Shown in pieces: positions 40,001 to 48,636 of a stretch of DNA of 60,421 nt. The DNA is from Gemmatimonadota bacterium (GTDB lineage: Bacteria; Gemmatimonadota; Gemmatimonadetes; Gemmatimonadales; GWC2-71-9): positions 1 through 60,421 of the forward strand of contig QKDC01000028.1 of assembly GCA_003246755.1 (NCBI GenBank), written 5' to 3'. The notes beneath the pieces were generated by a model. That model ran no database searches. It was not told the DNA's origin and worked only from the letters and a program-made list of their open reading frames with translations. The position numbers were made by a program, and so were the translations under genes. Numbering within the stretch: the stretch's first letter is position 1; the number at the start of each line of letters is the position of its first letter.

Positions 40001-40566
40001 CAGAGGCGCAGGAACGTGGCAACCGCCGGGGTGAGGGGGAGGGGCAACAGGATCGGGGACGAGAAGGTGAGGGTGCAGAGGGGCAAGCTCAGGAGGGCCA
40101 GGGGCAGCAGCCAGGACAAGGGCAGCCCGGACAGGGGCAGCAGCCTGGCGGTCGGGCACAGTTGGGAGCGAATAGCCGTGACGGTCGACCCTCTTTCGTG
40201 GATCCCGGGTCGGCCCGGCAGCTTGGCCGTGAGTTGCGTGAGCGACGGTTTGGCGCGGATTCACTCTTGGCCGAGGTCGAGCGGCTTGGATTCGACGGCC
40301 GGGATCTCCGCGAGATCGTCGCGGAGTTACGTCGGTTGGAGAGCGGGGAGCTTTTTTCCGATCCCTCGGGTCTCGAACGTCTGGAACGTGACGTTCTCGA
40401 CCGGATCAAGGCGTTCGAGTTTGCGCTTCGGCGGCAGATTGCGGGCGATGAAAGTCGGCCCGTCATCGGACCGTCCGGTGAGGTGCCTCCGAAATTTCGA
40501 GAACTGGTCGAGGAGTACTACCGTTCGCTGGCGCGGGTCAATCGAGGCCCCCCACCCCCCAAGTAG
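37066..40566 (+). CDS. DUF4175-like membrane-anchored, Ig-like + long coiled-coil protein
   Basis: Three TM helices, P-x-YTGLP, DDYGL, LEPGD-x-x-x-Y-x-x-x-ATD, Q/E/R-rich coiled coil, C-terminal VPPKFRELVEEYYRSL; ATGA overlap. Confidence 0.85.
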   Translation: MRYLSSSPADLLEIVTLVRRRWRLRNALRGAVVVLAVVLMWLVAGGALLDSMRLSLGVTRAISILGYAGVAFVVFRFWVRPTLRRVTDEQVALYIEEHEPNLHSLLVSAVEQAKSGASRAPAFTDRLVADALEQMRAVEHGRRIERRNLRQATAFATGLSVLAALLLTLGTPATRQGARTLLLPWSEAAAATPYLVLVAPGDATVSRGGDQEITAELRGFTSERVEILFRSGDDPEWQRVAMAPGDSGTTYVFRLFDVAEPTEYVVEADGVRSTMHLLSVADLPAVGNFIVDLRFPAYTGLPSERHDPGGDIVAPRGTSAEFTVTPTLPSAAGRLITEAGDTVSLASNEIGDLAGRFQLERDAMFRFELQASNGAWVEASLRYRIDVVDDRGPTVIIRSPGRDMQATAVEEIFTETEANDDYGLRQLELVVRINGGEEQVIPLHAGGRPVRELVGSHTLFLEEWSLEPGDLITYFARATDNSTVGQTTSSDIYFLRIRPFGKDYRQAEQAGQPGQPGDTPEGLSEQQKQVVAGTFKVQRDRDVAPADRTREDLATLALAQGQLRERVVGLTQQMAQRNAGAVDSGFTIILNELLQAIPEMQAAEEQLGRRRPDEALGPEERALQHLQRAEEAYREVQVAMGGQQQGGGGASSNAEDLADLFELEIDKLRNQYETVQRSQEQRAAEQLDETLERLKQLASRQQQESERLRRAAEGLQSRGQSGSGGGAQQRRMATEAEELARQLERLAREQPSPEATEAARQIRDAAEEMRRSATGQEGSESRAGEAARRLREATRSLESGRSGRLERAVSSAARRAEGLAERQREIGRDEERALQQGAMDRATASNLGERKDSLEAEVERLREDLNRLGLDAGSERPEASRRLAQAEEGLREDRVEDKIRYSKGFLRGGASPEYARNFEESIAANLDSAASRLHAAAEAVSEANANDPSRALDQAGRLVRGLESLSNRLNQRAQGGESAEAQERGNRRGEGEGQQDRGREGEGAEGQAQEGQGQQPGQGQPGQGQQPGGRAQLGANSRDGRPSFVDPGSARQLGRELRERRFGADSLLAEVERLGFDGRDLREIVAELRRLESGELFSDPSGLERLERDVLDRIKAFEFALRRQIAGDESRPVIGPSGEVPPKFRELVEEYYRSLARVNRGPPPPK
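40081..40152 (+). repeat. Low-complexity coding repeat (GQGQQP-like units)
   Basis: GQAQEGQGQQPGQGQPGQGQQPGG encoded by imperfect GGGCAG/GGACAG repeats. Confidence 0.6.
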
Positions 40567-40569
40567 ACC

Positions 40570-41265
40570 CTAGTCTTTCCGTGCCTGAGGATCGGCCTTC
40601 TGGGCGCGACGTGCTTGGAACAGTTGTTCCCAGCCGTGCCGGATGGCCTGGGCTGATCCAATCCCCACCGCGAGTGCGAAGGCCACGCCGATGGCCCCGA
40701 AGCCAATCAGGAAGGCCGCCATCACGATCTGCCTGGCGAAGTTGAGTTGCCAGAGTGCCAGCGCACCGACAACGGCGAGCAATGCCGTCTTGGACATCCC
40801 ACCGACCAGGCGTGGGCTCGGCACGCCAGCCTCTTCGAGGGTATCCTCGACGCGGTCGGCGACGATGTTGGCCAGGAGGAGACCGATGCCGATGATGATG
40901 AGAGCCATCGCCAAGTTGGGGAGATAGCCCACAAACTGCTGCACCACGCCGGAGAGAACCGTCAATCCCCAGATTTGCAGGGCGTTGTTGAGAAATACCA
41001 TGACAACCAGGAGCATGATCACGACGCCGACGGCGCTGAACAACGCGTCCCGCACATCGGCCTTGGCGAGTGCCGCCCGCCAGGAAATCGGGCCACCCAA
41101 ACGGTCAAGGCGAATCCATTTCAGAAAGACGATGGTGGCACGCTTGGCGAGCCACCCGATGACCACGCCGATCGCGAGCAGAATCAACCCCGCGGTGAGC
41201 GTGGGGAGATAGGCAGAGAATCGGGACCCGAGTTCGTTGAACGGGCCTGTCGTTGGCAGTTGCAT
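40570..41265 (-). CDS. TM-helix repeat membrane protein (CmpX / MscS N-terminal-like)
   Basis: Two YLP-x-L-x-x-x-LI-x-x-x-IG repeats and ALAVGIG; no MscS beta domain. Confidence 0.75.
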   Translation of the reverse strand: MQLPTTGPFNELGSRFSAYLPTLTAGLILLAIGVVIGWLAKRATIVFLKWIRLDRLGGPISWRAALAKADVRDALFSAVGVVIMLLVVMVFLNNALQIWGLTVLSGVVQQFVGYLPNLAMALIIIGIGLLLANIVADRVEDTLEEAGVPSPRLVGGMSKTALLAVVGALALWQLNFARQIVMAAFLIGFGAIGVAFALAVGIGSAQAIRHGWEQLFQARRAQKADPQARKD

Positions 41266-41274
41266 TGTGCTCTC

Positions 41275-43521
41275 CTAGCGCTTTCCGAAGAATGCCCGCT
41301 CGAACCTGCCGGCAGTGTGTTGTTCGACGGCTCGGACCACGATCACCGGATTCGTTCCGCCCTTGGCAATGCTGACGGGGACCGTTTCTCCGATGAGTGG
41401 TGCCGTCGGCCCAGTGCTCGGACCGCCGATGAGAACGAGTTCATGTGGTCTGGCTGATTGGGCGAGCCCTCGTCCGATCTCGCGGCGGTGGAGCACCTTC
41501 AGGTCCGCCTTGAGGCCCGCGCTCTCCATGGTACCGCGTGCCGCGGTGACCTGGTGTTCCGCCGTCTGACGCTCGATACCCCGCTCCAACACCGTAACCA
41601 CACGAGTATCGGCCTCGAACCATGAAGCGAATGCGTGCGCGAGCTCGGCCGCGAGTTTGGAATTCTTCCCTGACGTGACCGGGACCAACACGCCTTTGAT
41701 GTTGTCTTTTGTTATCGTCCCGTAGACGACGCCGACGTGACACGGCGCGCGGGAGAGGACCCGATCCACGATTCCGGCGACGAGGCGGTCGAGGAAGGAA
41801 TGTCCTGTGGGTTGTCCCATGATGAGAAAATTGCAGCGTTCCTCGCGTGCGGTCTGCACGATAGCGTAGCTGATCCGTCTGGCAATCTTGACGACCGGGG
41901 TTGCCGTCACTCCACGGGAAGCCGCGTACGCGACCGCATCATTGAGCAGGGTCTCGCGGGACCGTGCAGCCGCGCGCCCGGTGAGCAAGGACTCGCCCTC
42001 CGGCACTTCAACCACGGTTACGACGACAATGGTGCCATCATGGTCCCGGGCCAACGCGCTCGCCGTCTCCATTAGGGTTGGGATGGACTTGGCGTTCGCG
42101 ATGGACACGAGCACGCGGTACTCCTTCCGCTCCAGGCGCTCCATCCATTGCACCCGCTCCTGAAACGCGTGTTCCCGTTGCCTGGCATATCCATAGTAGA
42201 ACACAGTCCCAGCCACGATCCAGCCGCCGGCGGCCACCCACGCCATGGGATAATCGCGGGCCATGAAGACCGCGATGATCAGCATGGTGATGACGGCGAG
42301 AATTGGGGTGAACGGGACGAAGGGAACCTTGAATCCTCGATCGAGGTCGGGACGCAGTTTCCGCAGACGGATCACCGCCACGTTTACTCCACCGAACAAC
42401 AGCAGGAACATCACGCTGGCGGCGGCGGCGACCTCCTCAATCGGCAGGGCGATGGCCATGGCGATGATGAGTGTCGCCGATAGGATGATCGCCCAGTGTG
42501 GGGTTCCACGGGTCGGGTGGACACGCCCCACGATGTTCGGCAGACTTGCGTCACGGGCCATCGCGAACGCGACCCGGGAGGAGGAATAGATCGTGGCGTT
42601 GAGGGCCGAGATGGTGGACAGCAGGCCCCCTACCAGGAGCAGAATTCCACCGCCCACCATGAATTGGTCGGCGGCGGTCACGAGCGCGATTTCCTTGGCC
42701 TCGCCCAGGTAGTCCGTGATCGCCATTCCGGCTGGAGGAACAACGGCTCCGATCGCCACGAAGGCCACGAGGAGGTAGATGGGGATCACAATCAACAGGG
42801 AGAGGAAGACGGCCCGCGGGACATTCCGCTTGGGATCATCGACTTCCTCGCTGGTTTGCGCGATGATCTCGTACCCTTCGAAGGCAATGAAGGTGAGACC
42901 CATTGCCCCGAGAACTCCTCCCCAACCGTTCTTCATGAACGGGGTGAACGATCCCTCCCATCCCGGACGGTTGACCATCGCCCAGAGACCGGCCGCAATG
43001 AAGACACCGATGATGGCGATTTTGCCAATGGTGACGACGTTCCCGGCCTTCCCCGTCTCCGAGGCTCCCCGGTAGTTGATCACCGCGAACAGGGCGCATG
43101 CCCCAACGGCCAGCCAGATTTCCAGTGGGAAGATCCGGGTCGAGACTTCGGTGACCCCCGCGACCGAGAGGACCTCCTTGAAATACGCACCGAACCCGAG
43201 AGCGTAGAGCGAGCACGCTACGGCGTGAGCAAACCAGTCCATCCATCCCGAGAGGAAACCGCTCGGATCAGGAAGGGATGCCTTGATCCACAGGTATCCT
43301 CCGCCCGCTCCGTGAATCGCCCCACCGAGTTCCGCGTAGGCCATTGCTGTGAGAAGGGCGACAAGCCCGTTGAGCACAAACACGATGAGCAAGGCCGGCC
43401 CGGCCACCCCGGCGGCGATACCGGTCAGCACGAAGATCCCGGCGCCGATCATGGCACCGACTCCGATCATCGTCACGTCGATGAGGCGCATTTCTCGACT
43501 GAGGCGGACTTCCATCGCCAC
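41275..43521 (-). CDS. APC family amino acid permease with two C-terminal USP domains
   Basis: GAMIGAGIF, AFEGYE, SSRVAFAMARD, RGFKVP; USP-like VLVSIAN...IMG...APCHV. Confidence 0.9.
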   Translation of the reverse strand: MAMEVRLSREMRLIDVTMIGVGAMIGAGIFVLTGIAAGVAGPALLIVFVLNGLVALLTAMAYAELGGAIHGAGGGYLWIKASLPDPSGFLSGWMDWFAHAVACSLYALGFGAYFKEVLSVAGVTEVSTRIFPLEIWLAVGACALFAVINYRGASETGKAGNVVTIGKIAIIGVFIAAGLWAMVNRPGWEGSFTPFMKNGWGGVLGAMGLTFIAFEGYEIIAQTSEEVDDPKRNVPRAVFLSLLIVIPIYLLVAFVAIGAVVPPAGMAITDYLGEAKEIALVTAADQFMVGGGILLLVGGLLSTISALNATIYSSSRVAFAMARDASLPNIVGRVHPTRGTPHWAIILSATLIIAMAIALPIEEVAAAASVMFLLLFGGVNVAVIRLRKLRPDLDRGFKVPFVPFTPILAVITMLIIAVFMARDYPMAWVAAGGWIVAGTVFYYGYARQREHAFQERVQWMERLERKEYRVLVSIANAKSIPTLMETASALARDHDGTIVVVTVVEVPEGESLLTGRAAARSRETLLNDAVAYAASRGVTATPVVKIARRISYAIVQTAREERCNFLIMGQPTGHSFLDRLVAGIVDRVLSRAPCHVGVVYGTITKDNIKGVLVPVTSGKNSKLAAELAHAFASWFEADTRVVTVLERGIERQTAEHQVTAARGTMESAGLKADLKVLHRREIGRGLAQSARPHELVLIGGPSTGPTAPLIGETVPVSIAKGGTNPVIVVRAVEQHTAGRFERAFFGKR

Positions 43522-43581
43522 GTGGTCCTCCGTTGCTATGAGAGGAGTGCGCCCGGCCAGCGGACCGGGGATATGCCTCGA

Positions 43582-45282
43582 CTACTCGACGGGGTCGCTC
43601 GTCGCAATACTATGTGGGTCGTCCTGGTGGAGCCGAGAAATCTGAAGCTGGCGCGTCTCGGGGAAGAGTTCGAAGTACTTTCTGACGCTCTCCGTCGTCC
43701 CACTAAGATAAACGACGTCACCATGTTTGACTTCGAAGCCTGGGTCGAAACCAACGATGACCTCTTCCTCCCGCTCCACCGCTACCACCGAACACCCAGT
43801 ACGATCGCGGATCCAGTGTTTTGCCAAAGGTTGTCCTACGAAGTTTCCCGCCCCTGTCGCGACCAGTTTGATCTCCGCCTCGAGCGAGACCGCTTCCTGT
43901 CCCAGAAGATGAAATGACAGGAGTTGTCCTGCCACTTGGCTCAGGGAGAGCGCGAAGTCTGCGCCTGCCCGGTGGATCCTGGATACGTTTTCGGCGCGTC
44001 GTACGGCAGCAATGATGATGGTCTCGGGTACCAGGTTCCGGGCCACGGCGGCGGCGAAGAGGGTTGCGCTATCGGTGTCGAGGCACAAGATCAGCGCTTG
44101 AGCCTCTCGAGCTCCCGCCTGAAAGAGGGTCTTGTGATCGAGGTAATCCCCCACGATATCGGTGCCCGCCGCCACCTCGGTATCGAGAATCCGCACGGTC
44201 TCCCCGGCGTCCCGCAGGAGCTCTGTGACTTTCGATCCGATATCCGTATTCCCGACGACGAGAAAAGGGCCCTCCTGGGTCACCGGGGTGGCGACCTCCC
44301 TCAGGCGTGTAATCGCCTCCCGGCTGCCCACCACCACCATGATCGTTCCCGCGACGAGCTTTGTCTCGTTTGGTGGGTGCTCGATGAGCCGTCCACCTAC
44401 CCAGAGACCTACGATGGTTGATTGGGTATCCTCTCGGATCTGTGAGTCTTCGATCGTCTTCCCGGCGAGTGGACTCTCGGTATGCACCCGGAGTTCCGCG
44501 ACTTCGACGTGCTCACCCAGTTGTCGGACTCCCCCTGCTCTTTGACCGATCTGACGACTCGCGCGTGTGGCGAGTGCTGCCGCCAGGACATGATTGGGCG
44601 TAAACGCTTTGGTCGCGCCGGCTCGGAGCATCGGAGGCCGCCGATCGGGATTCTCCACCAAGGCGATGATGGGGCCATCATAGCCATGGTACCGTGCGCT
44701 CAGGGCCATGGCTGCATTCCGATTATCGTCACCGTTCAAAACCATGCCCCGAGCGCCTTTAAGATGGCTCAGGTCCGGATCCTCGGCACCAAGGTCGCCG
44801 AGGACAACCTCGATCCCTCGTTCCCGGAGTCGGCGGGCGATCGGCTCGTCCTCTTCGAAGACCACGGTCTTCACCCCCTCCTGCACCAGTTCGTCAAGGA
44901 GCGAGGTGATTGCCGGTCCATAGCGGTAAATCAAGATCCGCCCGGACATGTCGCTCAGGGTCGTGGGGAGCCGTGCCTCAAACCGCTCTTCGATGAAAGG
45001 AAGGAGAAAGACGGGAAAGACCAGAAAGATGATCAGGACACCGAGGAATTGGGTCACGATGACGTAGAACTGCATCAAGGGGTGCGTCCAGGCCGCGTCC
45101 CGTCCGTACCCCGTTGTGGTCAGTGTCTCCGCGGCCCATTCGAGGCTATCTCCGAAGGACCGTGGTGTCCCTTCGAGGTGGATCATGCCAGCCTGGTAGA
45201 TGGCCGCCATGAGGACGACCATGACCGGCACGGCGAGGAAGAGGAGCAGCAACCGGCGATAGGCGCGAGAAACCTTGATCAT
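43582..45282 (-). CDS. 2-TM potassium channel with tandem RCK (TrkA-N/C) domains
   Basis: Selectivity filter TTTGYG between two TMs, followed by two RCK N+C pairs. Confidence 0.9.
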   Translation of the reverse strand: MIKVSRAYRRLLLLFLAVPVMVVLMAAIYQAGMIHLEGTPRSFGDSLEWAAETLTTTGYGRDAAWTHPLMQFYVIVTQFLGVLIIFLVFPVFLLPFIEERFEARLPTTLSDMSGRILIYRYGPAITSLLDELVQEGVKTVVFEEDEPIARRLRERGIEVVLGDLGAEDPDLSHLKGARGMVLNGDDNRNAAMALSARYHGYDGPIIALVENPDRRPPMLRAGATKAFTPNHVLAAALATRASRQIGQRAGGVRQLGEHVEVAELRVHTESPLAGKTIEDSQIREDTQSTIVGLWVGGRLIEHPPNETKLVAGTIMVVVGSREAITRLREVATPVTQEGPFLVVGNTDIGSKVTELLRDAGETVRILDTEVAAGTDIVGDYLDHKTLFQAGAREAQALILCLDTDSATLFAAAVARNLVPETIIIAAVRRAENVSRIHRAGADFALSLSQVAGQLLSFHLLGQEAVSLEAEIKLVATGAGNFVGQPLAKHWIRDRTGCSVVAVEREEEVIVGFDPGFEVKHGDVVYLSGTTESVRKYFELFPETRQLQISRLHQDDPHSIATSDPVE

Positions 45283-45411
45283 GCAACCACTTTGCTCGGG
45301 GTTCGTCAGGGACGGGCCAGCCGTCCCTTCAGAGTACTGAGGAAACCCATGGGCACGCTAGCGGCTGCCCGGGTGGCCGATCTCAGTCTGGTGTCACCGA
45401 ACGCAGGTGAC

Positions 45412-45819
45412 TCACTTGGACCGCGAGACGATTTCCTCCATGATTCTGCGGGCGAAGTCCTTGTCCCATGTTACGGCGGAACGCCGTACGACGACCTCGA
45501 TCCGCGTACTCGAACCCTCGGTTCGAAGAGTGACCGTAATCTCGCGGTCAGCGGTCTCTCCGCTCAGTTCACGCCTTTCGCCTGAGCCTTGTTGCTCGGT
45601 CTTGGTTTTGGTTTCGGTCACCTCGAGAGTGGCAAAGGCTGCCCTCGCCGCCCCGAACGCGGGCTCCATTGGCGCGGCCACGAGGGACTCGACACCACGA
45701 TCATTGATATAGATCGCGCCGCCCGCCCCCGCCCCGGCGGCAGCGACCAAACAGCCGCCGGTAGTGCCCGCGATGAGGAGTAGAGTAAGAGTGACCAGGT
45801 GTCGTCTTCGAAGGTACAT
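45412..45819 (-). CDS. DUF3568-like lipoprotein
   Basis: TGGC lipobox-like sequence followed by LVAAAGAGAGG; GAGG Shine-Dalgarno. Confidence 0.75.
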   Translation of the reverse strand: MYLRRRHLVTLTLLLIAGTTGGCLVAAAGAGAGGAIYINDRGVESLVAAPMEPAFGAARAAFATLEVTETKTKTEQQGSGERRELSGETADREITVTLRTEGSSTRIEVVVRRSAVTWDKDFARRIMEEIVSRSK

Positions 45820-45902
45820 GGCATCCTCTGCGGTAGGACCAGGTATGGTCGAGGCGTCGAGGCTTCAACGCTACGACGCGATCGGTCGGGGCCTTGTTTC
45901 CG

Positions 45903-46409
45903 TCAAGAACGGGACTCCGTATCGAATAGCAAGATGCTACGGAGGAGTTCGCTGGCAAGGTCATACCCCTGGGGCCATCCGCTCGCCCTGGGTCCAGCCA
46001 CATTGAGCCGCGTGGGTGGGGGTAGTGATGCCAGCCACCGCCGAACCCGATGCACTGCGGCATCATGCGGCGTGTCAGTGAGATCGAGGTGGAGGAGCGG
46101 CTTACCAAGCTGGTCGGCCGCCTCACGAGTCTGAAGACTCCCCCCGGAGAGAGGACCCCAGGAGATGAGCAATGTGCCGTCGGTATCGCGGACGTTCCGC
46201 ACGGTTCGCACGGCATAGTCCGGGGATCCGGTTTCCTGAAGACGATCGTACTTCGACGGAATGATCCCATCCTCGGCGAGCCGTCCCGTGGGGATCCATC
46301 CACCATGGAGAATGCCGAGTTCGAGAGCGACATCGAGGGCCGCCCGATCGACCCCTGTCTGACCTCCAGACCAGATCTGTTCCACGCGGACTGGTCGCGT
46401 ACTGCTCAC
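45903..46409 (-). CDS. Putative molybdenum carrier protein (SLOG superfamily)
   Basis: SGGQTGVDRAALD, GR-x-AEDG, RT-x-x-NVRDTDGTL, LNVAGPRAS. Confidence 0.9.
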   Translation of the reverse strand: MSSTRPVRVEQIWSGGQTGVDRAALDVALELGILHGGWIPTGRLAEDGIIPSKYDRLQETGSPDYAVRTVRNVRDTDGTLLISWGPLSGGSLQTREAADQLGKPLLHLDLTDTPHDAAVHRVRRWLASLPPPTRLNVAGPRASGWPQGYDLASELLRSILLFDTESRS

Positions 46410-46593
46410 AGGTCCTCGGCAAGCCTGGACACCCGGTCAAGGCTACGGGTGGCACGAGGGAAAATGGGGGGTGACATCCTCCCGCCAAGATAGGACCGGT
46501 ACGAGGTCAGATGAAGAATCATGTCCCCAGATGACAGCGGCCCCAATCAGCGGTAGGATACCAAGGACTGACGTTTCTGACCCCGGGGTCGTT

Positions 46594-46920
46594 ATGCAAA
46601 CACGGATTCAGGTACTCTGTCGCCAGGGCCGGAGCCTTCGAGAGGCGATCGCGGACGACAACCGACTCGCACGTTATGGTCTGGAGGTTGTCCAGGAGCA
46701 CAAGCCAGGTCGAAGCCCTGGGTGGATGAAGCTCAAGTCCGCTCACCGCGACCACCGTGGCGCGATCAACATCGAGTGGGACTCGCCGATGCAGACCCTG
46801 CGGTGCCGGGTCGTAACCAGGGGTCGGGGACGACCAGGCGAGGTCACCGCCGAGTTTCTTCGCTACCTCCTGGCCGTCCATCATCGGCGCATCGAAAGCG
46901 TTCTGATCCGGCCCGGGTAG
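46594..46920 (+). CDS. Hypothetical basic protein (108 aa)
   Basis: Fills the gap, globular-looking composition (PGRSPGWMKL...GAINIEWD). Confidence 0.6.
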   Translation: MQTRIQVLCRQGRSLREAIADDNRLARYGLEVVQEHKPGRSPGWMKLKSAHRDHRGAINIEWDSPMQTLRCRVVTRGRGRPGEVTAEFLRYLLAVHHRRIESVLIRPG

Positions 46921-47065
46921 CCCAGACTGGGGTGGGGCGGACACCTTCTCCTTCCGCCGTCGCGTGTGATGGATGTATTGAGCGCAGGATTCGGATGGCA
47001 TGCGACCACAGCCAATGCTATCCTGGTCCCGTCTGTTACGTGGAGTTGCACTCGTGGTTCCAGTC

Positions 47066-48112
47066 ATGTCCGATACCGAGTTGTGGAACGCCGTCCTGTC
47101 CCGTGACCCTGAGCTTGCCGGTGCTTTCGTTTATGGAGTCCGGTCGACAGGGATTTACTGCCGGGCGGGCTGTCCCGCGAGGCGTCCTCATCGCAAGAAT
47201 GTCGAGTTCTTCGCCGTCCCTGCCGCCGCGGAGCGGGGAGGGTACCGTCCCTGCCTCCGTTGCCGACCGCGAGAAGCGGTGCACCGTCATCCGCAGGTCG
47301 CGCTTGTCGAACAGACTTGCCGATTGCTCCAGGCGGCCAACGGCGATCGGCTGACCCTCGATGCACTCGGTGCCCAGGTGGGAGCGAGCCCCGGCCACCT
47401 TCAGCGCACCTTCAAGCGTCTGACCGGTGTCTCGCCACGGGCGTACGCCGATGCACTTCGTCGCGAACGACTGCGCGATGCGCTTCGGGAAGGGGAGAGT
47501 GTGAGTCGTGCGATCTACGGCGCAGGGTATGGCTCGCCCAGTCGGGTCTACGAGAATCGCAGTGGGTCCATGGCGATGACGCCGGCCACCTATCGCAAGG
47601 GAGGGGAAGGAGTGCGTATGGCGTTTGTCACCGCCCGTTCGCCGCTTGGCCGAGTCCTCGTCGCCAGTACCGAACGAGGCGTCTGCTTCGTGTCGCTCGG
47701 TGACTCGGATCGTGAACTCCTCACCGCCCTCGAGGCGGAATTCCCCGAAGCCGAACGCCTGAGAGGTGGGCGGGAGCTGCAATCGGTGGTAGAGGAGGTG
47801 GTCAGGAGGACATCCGGGAAGGCACCGAGTCGTGAGTTAGCACTCGATATCCAGGCGACGGCCTTCCAGCGTAGGGTGTGGGAGGAACTGCGTCGAATCC
47901 CGACCGGTGACACCGTCAGTTACGCGGGGATTGCGAAGAGGATCGGCGCGCCGCGGGCAGTACGTGCGGTGGCCAACGCCTGTGCACGAAACAATGTTGC
48001 GGTGATCATTCCTTGTCATAGGGTCCTGCGGTCCGACGGCGCCCTTGGTGGGTATCGATGGGGACCCAAGCGGAAGCAGAAACTCCTCAGGTCGGAGCGG
48101 GGTGAGAGCTAA
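47066..48112 (+). CDS. ada: Bifunctional transcriptional activator / O6-methylguanine-DNA methyltransferase Ada
   Basis: Zn ligands YCRAGC...RPCLRC, AraC-type HTH, C-terminal PCHRV. Confidence 0.95.
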   Translation: MSDTELWNAVLSRDPELAGAFVYGVRSTGIYCRAGCPARRPHRKNVEFFAVPAAAERGGYRPCLRCRPREAVHRHPQVALVEQTCRLLQAANGDRLTLDALGAQVGASPGHLQRTFKRLTGVSPRAYADALRRERLRDALREGESVSRAIYGAGYGSPSRVYENRSGSMAMTPATYRKGGEGVRMAFVTARSPLGRVLVASTERGVCFVSLGDSDRELLTALEAEFPEAERLRGGRELQSVVEEVVRRTSGKAPSRELALDIQATAFQRRVWEELRRIPTGDTVSYAGIAKRIGAPRAVRAVANACARNNVAVIIPCHRVLRSDGALGGYRWGPKRKQKLLRSERGES

Positions 48113-48615
48113 CCACTGTCCCCGGTATCCCGATTATCCCGGCCATCGCGACTCCATGCGATGGCCAGGATGATCGCACTGACTGATATCCCCACATCGG
48201 CCACATTGAACGTCCAGAACCGGGTCGGACCCACTCCGATATCGATGAAGTCCACAACTCCGTGTGCCCATCGAATCCGGTCGATCAGATTCCCGATCGC
48301 TCCACCAGTGATCAGGGCGAGAAGGACCACTCGCAGCCGCTGTCCACGTGGGGCTGCCCGGTAAACCCCGATCAGTACTCCAACCATGACGAAGCCGATC
48401 AGCGTAAAGGCCGGGCGTGACCAGTCTCCGAGAGAAAGGCCTAGCGCGGCCCCTCGGTTGAAGGTCAGAGTAAGTCTGACAAGGTCACCAACGACTGGCA
48501 CTGGCGTGCCCGGGATCAGGGACGCCAGTGCCAACCGTTTCGTCAGGATGTCGATGGCCAACCATCCGATGGCAACCGACCAGAAGAGCCTGTGATGGAC
48601 GTGTCTCTGGCCCAT
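48109..48615 (-). CDS. lspA: Lipoprotein signal peptidase II
   Basis: NRGAA, GGAIGNLIDR, VVDF, FNVAD. Confidence 0.95.
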   Translation of the reverse strand: MGQRHVHHRLFWSVAIGWLAIDILTKRLALASLIPGTPVPVVGDLVRLTLTFNRGAALGLSLGDWSRPAFTLIGFVMVGVLIGVYRAAPRGQRLRVVLLALITGGAIGNLIDRIRWAHGVVDFIDIGVGPTRFWTFNVADVGISVSAIILAIAWSRDGRDNRDTGDSG

Positions 48616-48636
48616 TCTTGAACAATAGCATGCGTC

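Noticed and set aside
45283-45411. c-di-AMP (ydaO) riboswitch before the K+ channel
   Set aside because: The conserved sequence blocks of that family are absent; kept only as an unassigned structured region.
42496-45585. Plus-strand ORFs of 473 and 367 aa
   Set aside because: They are antisense shadows of the permease and K+ channel genes.
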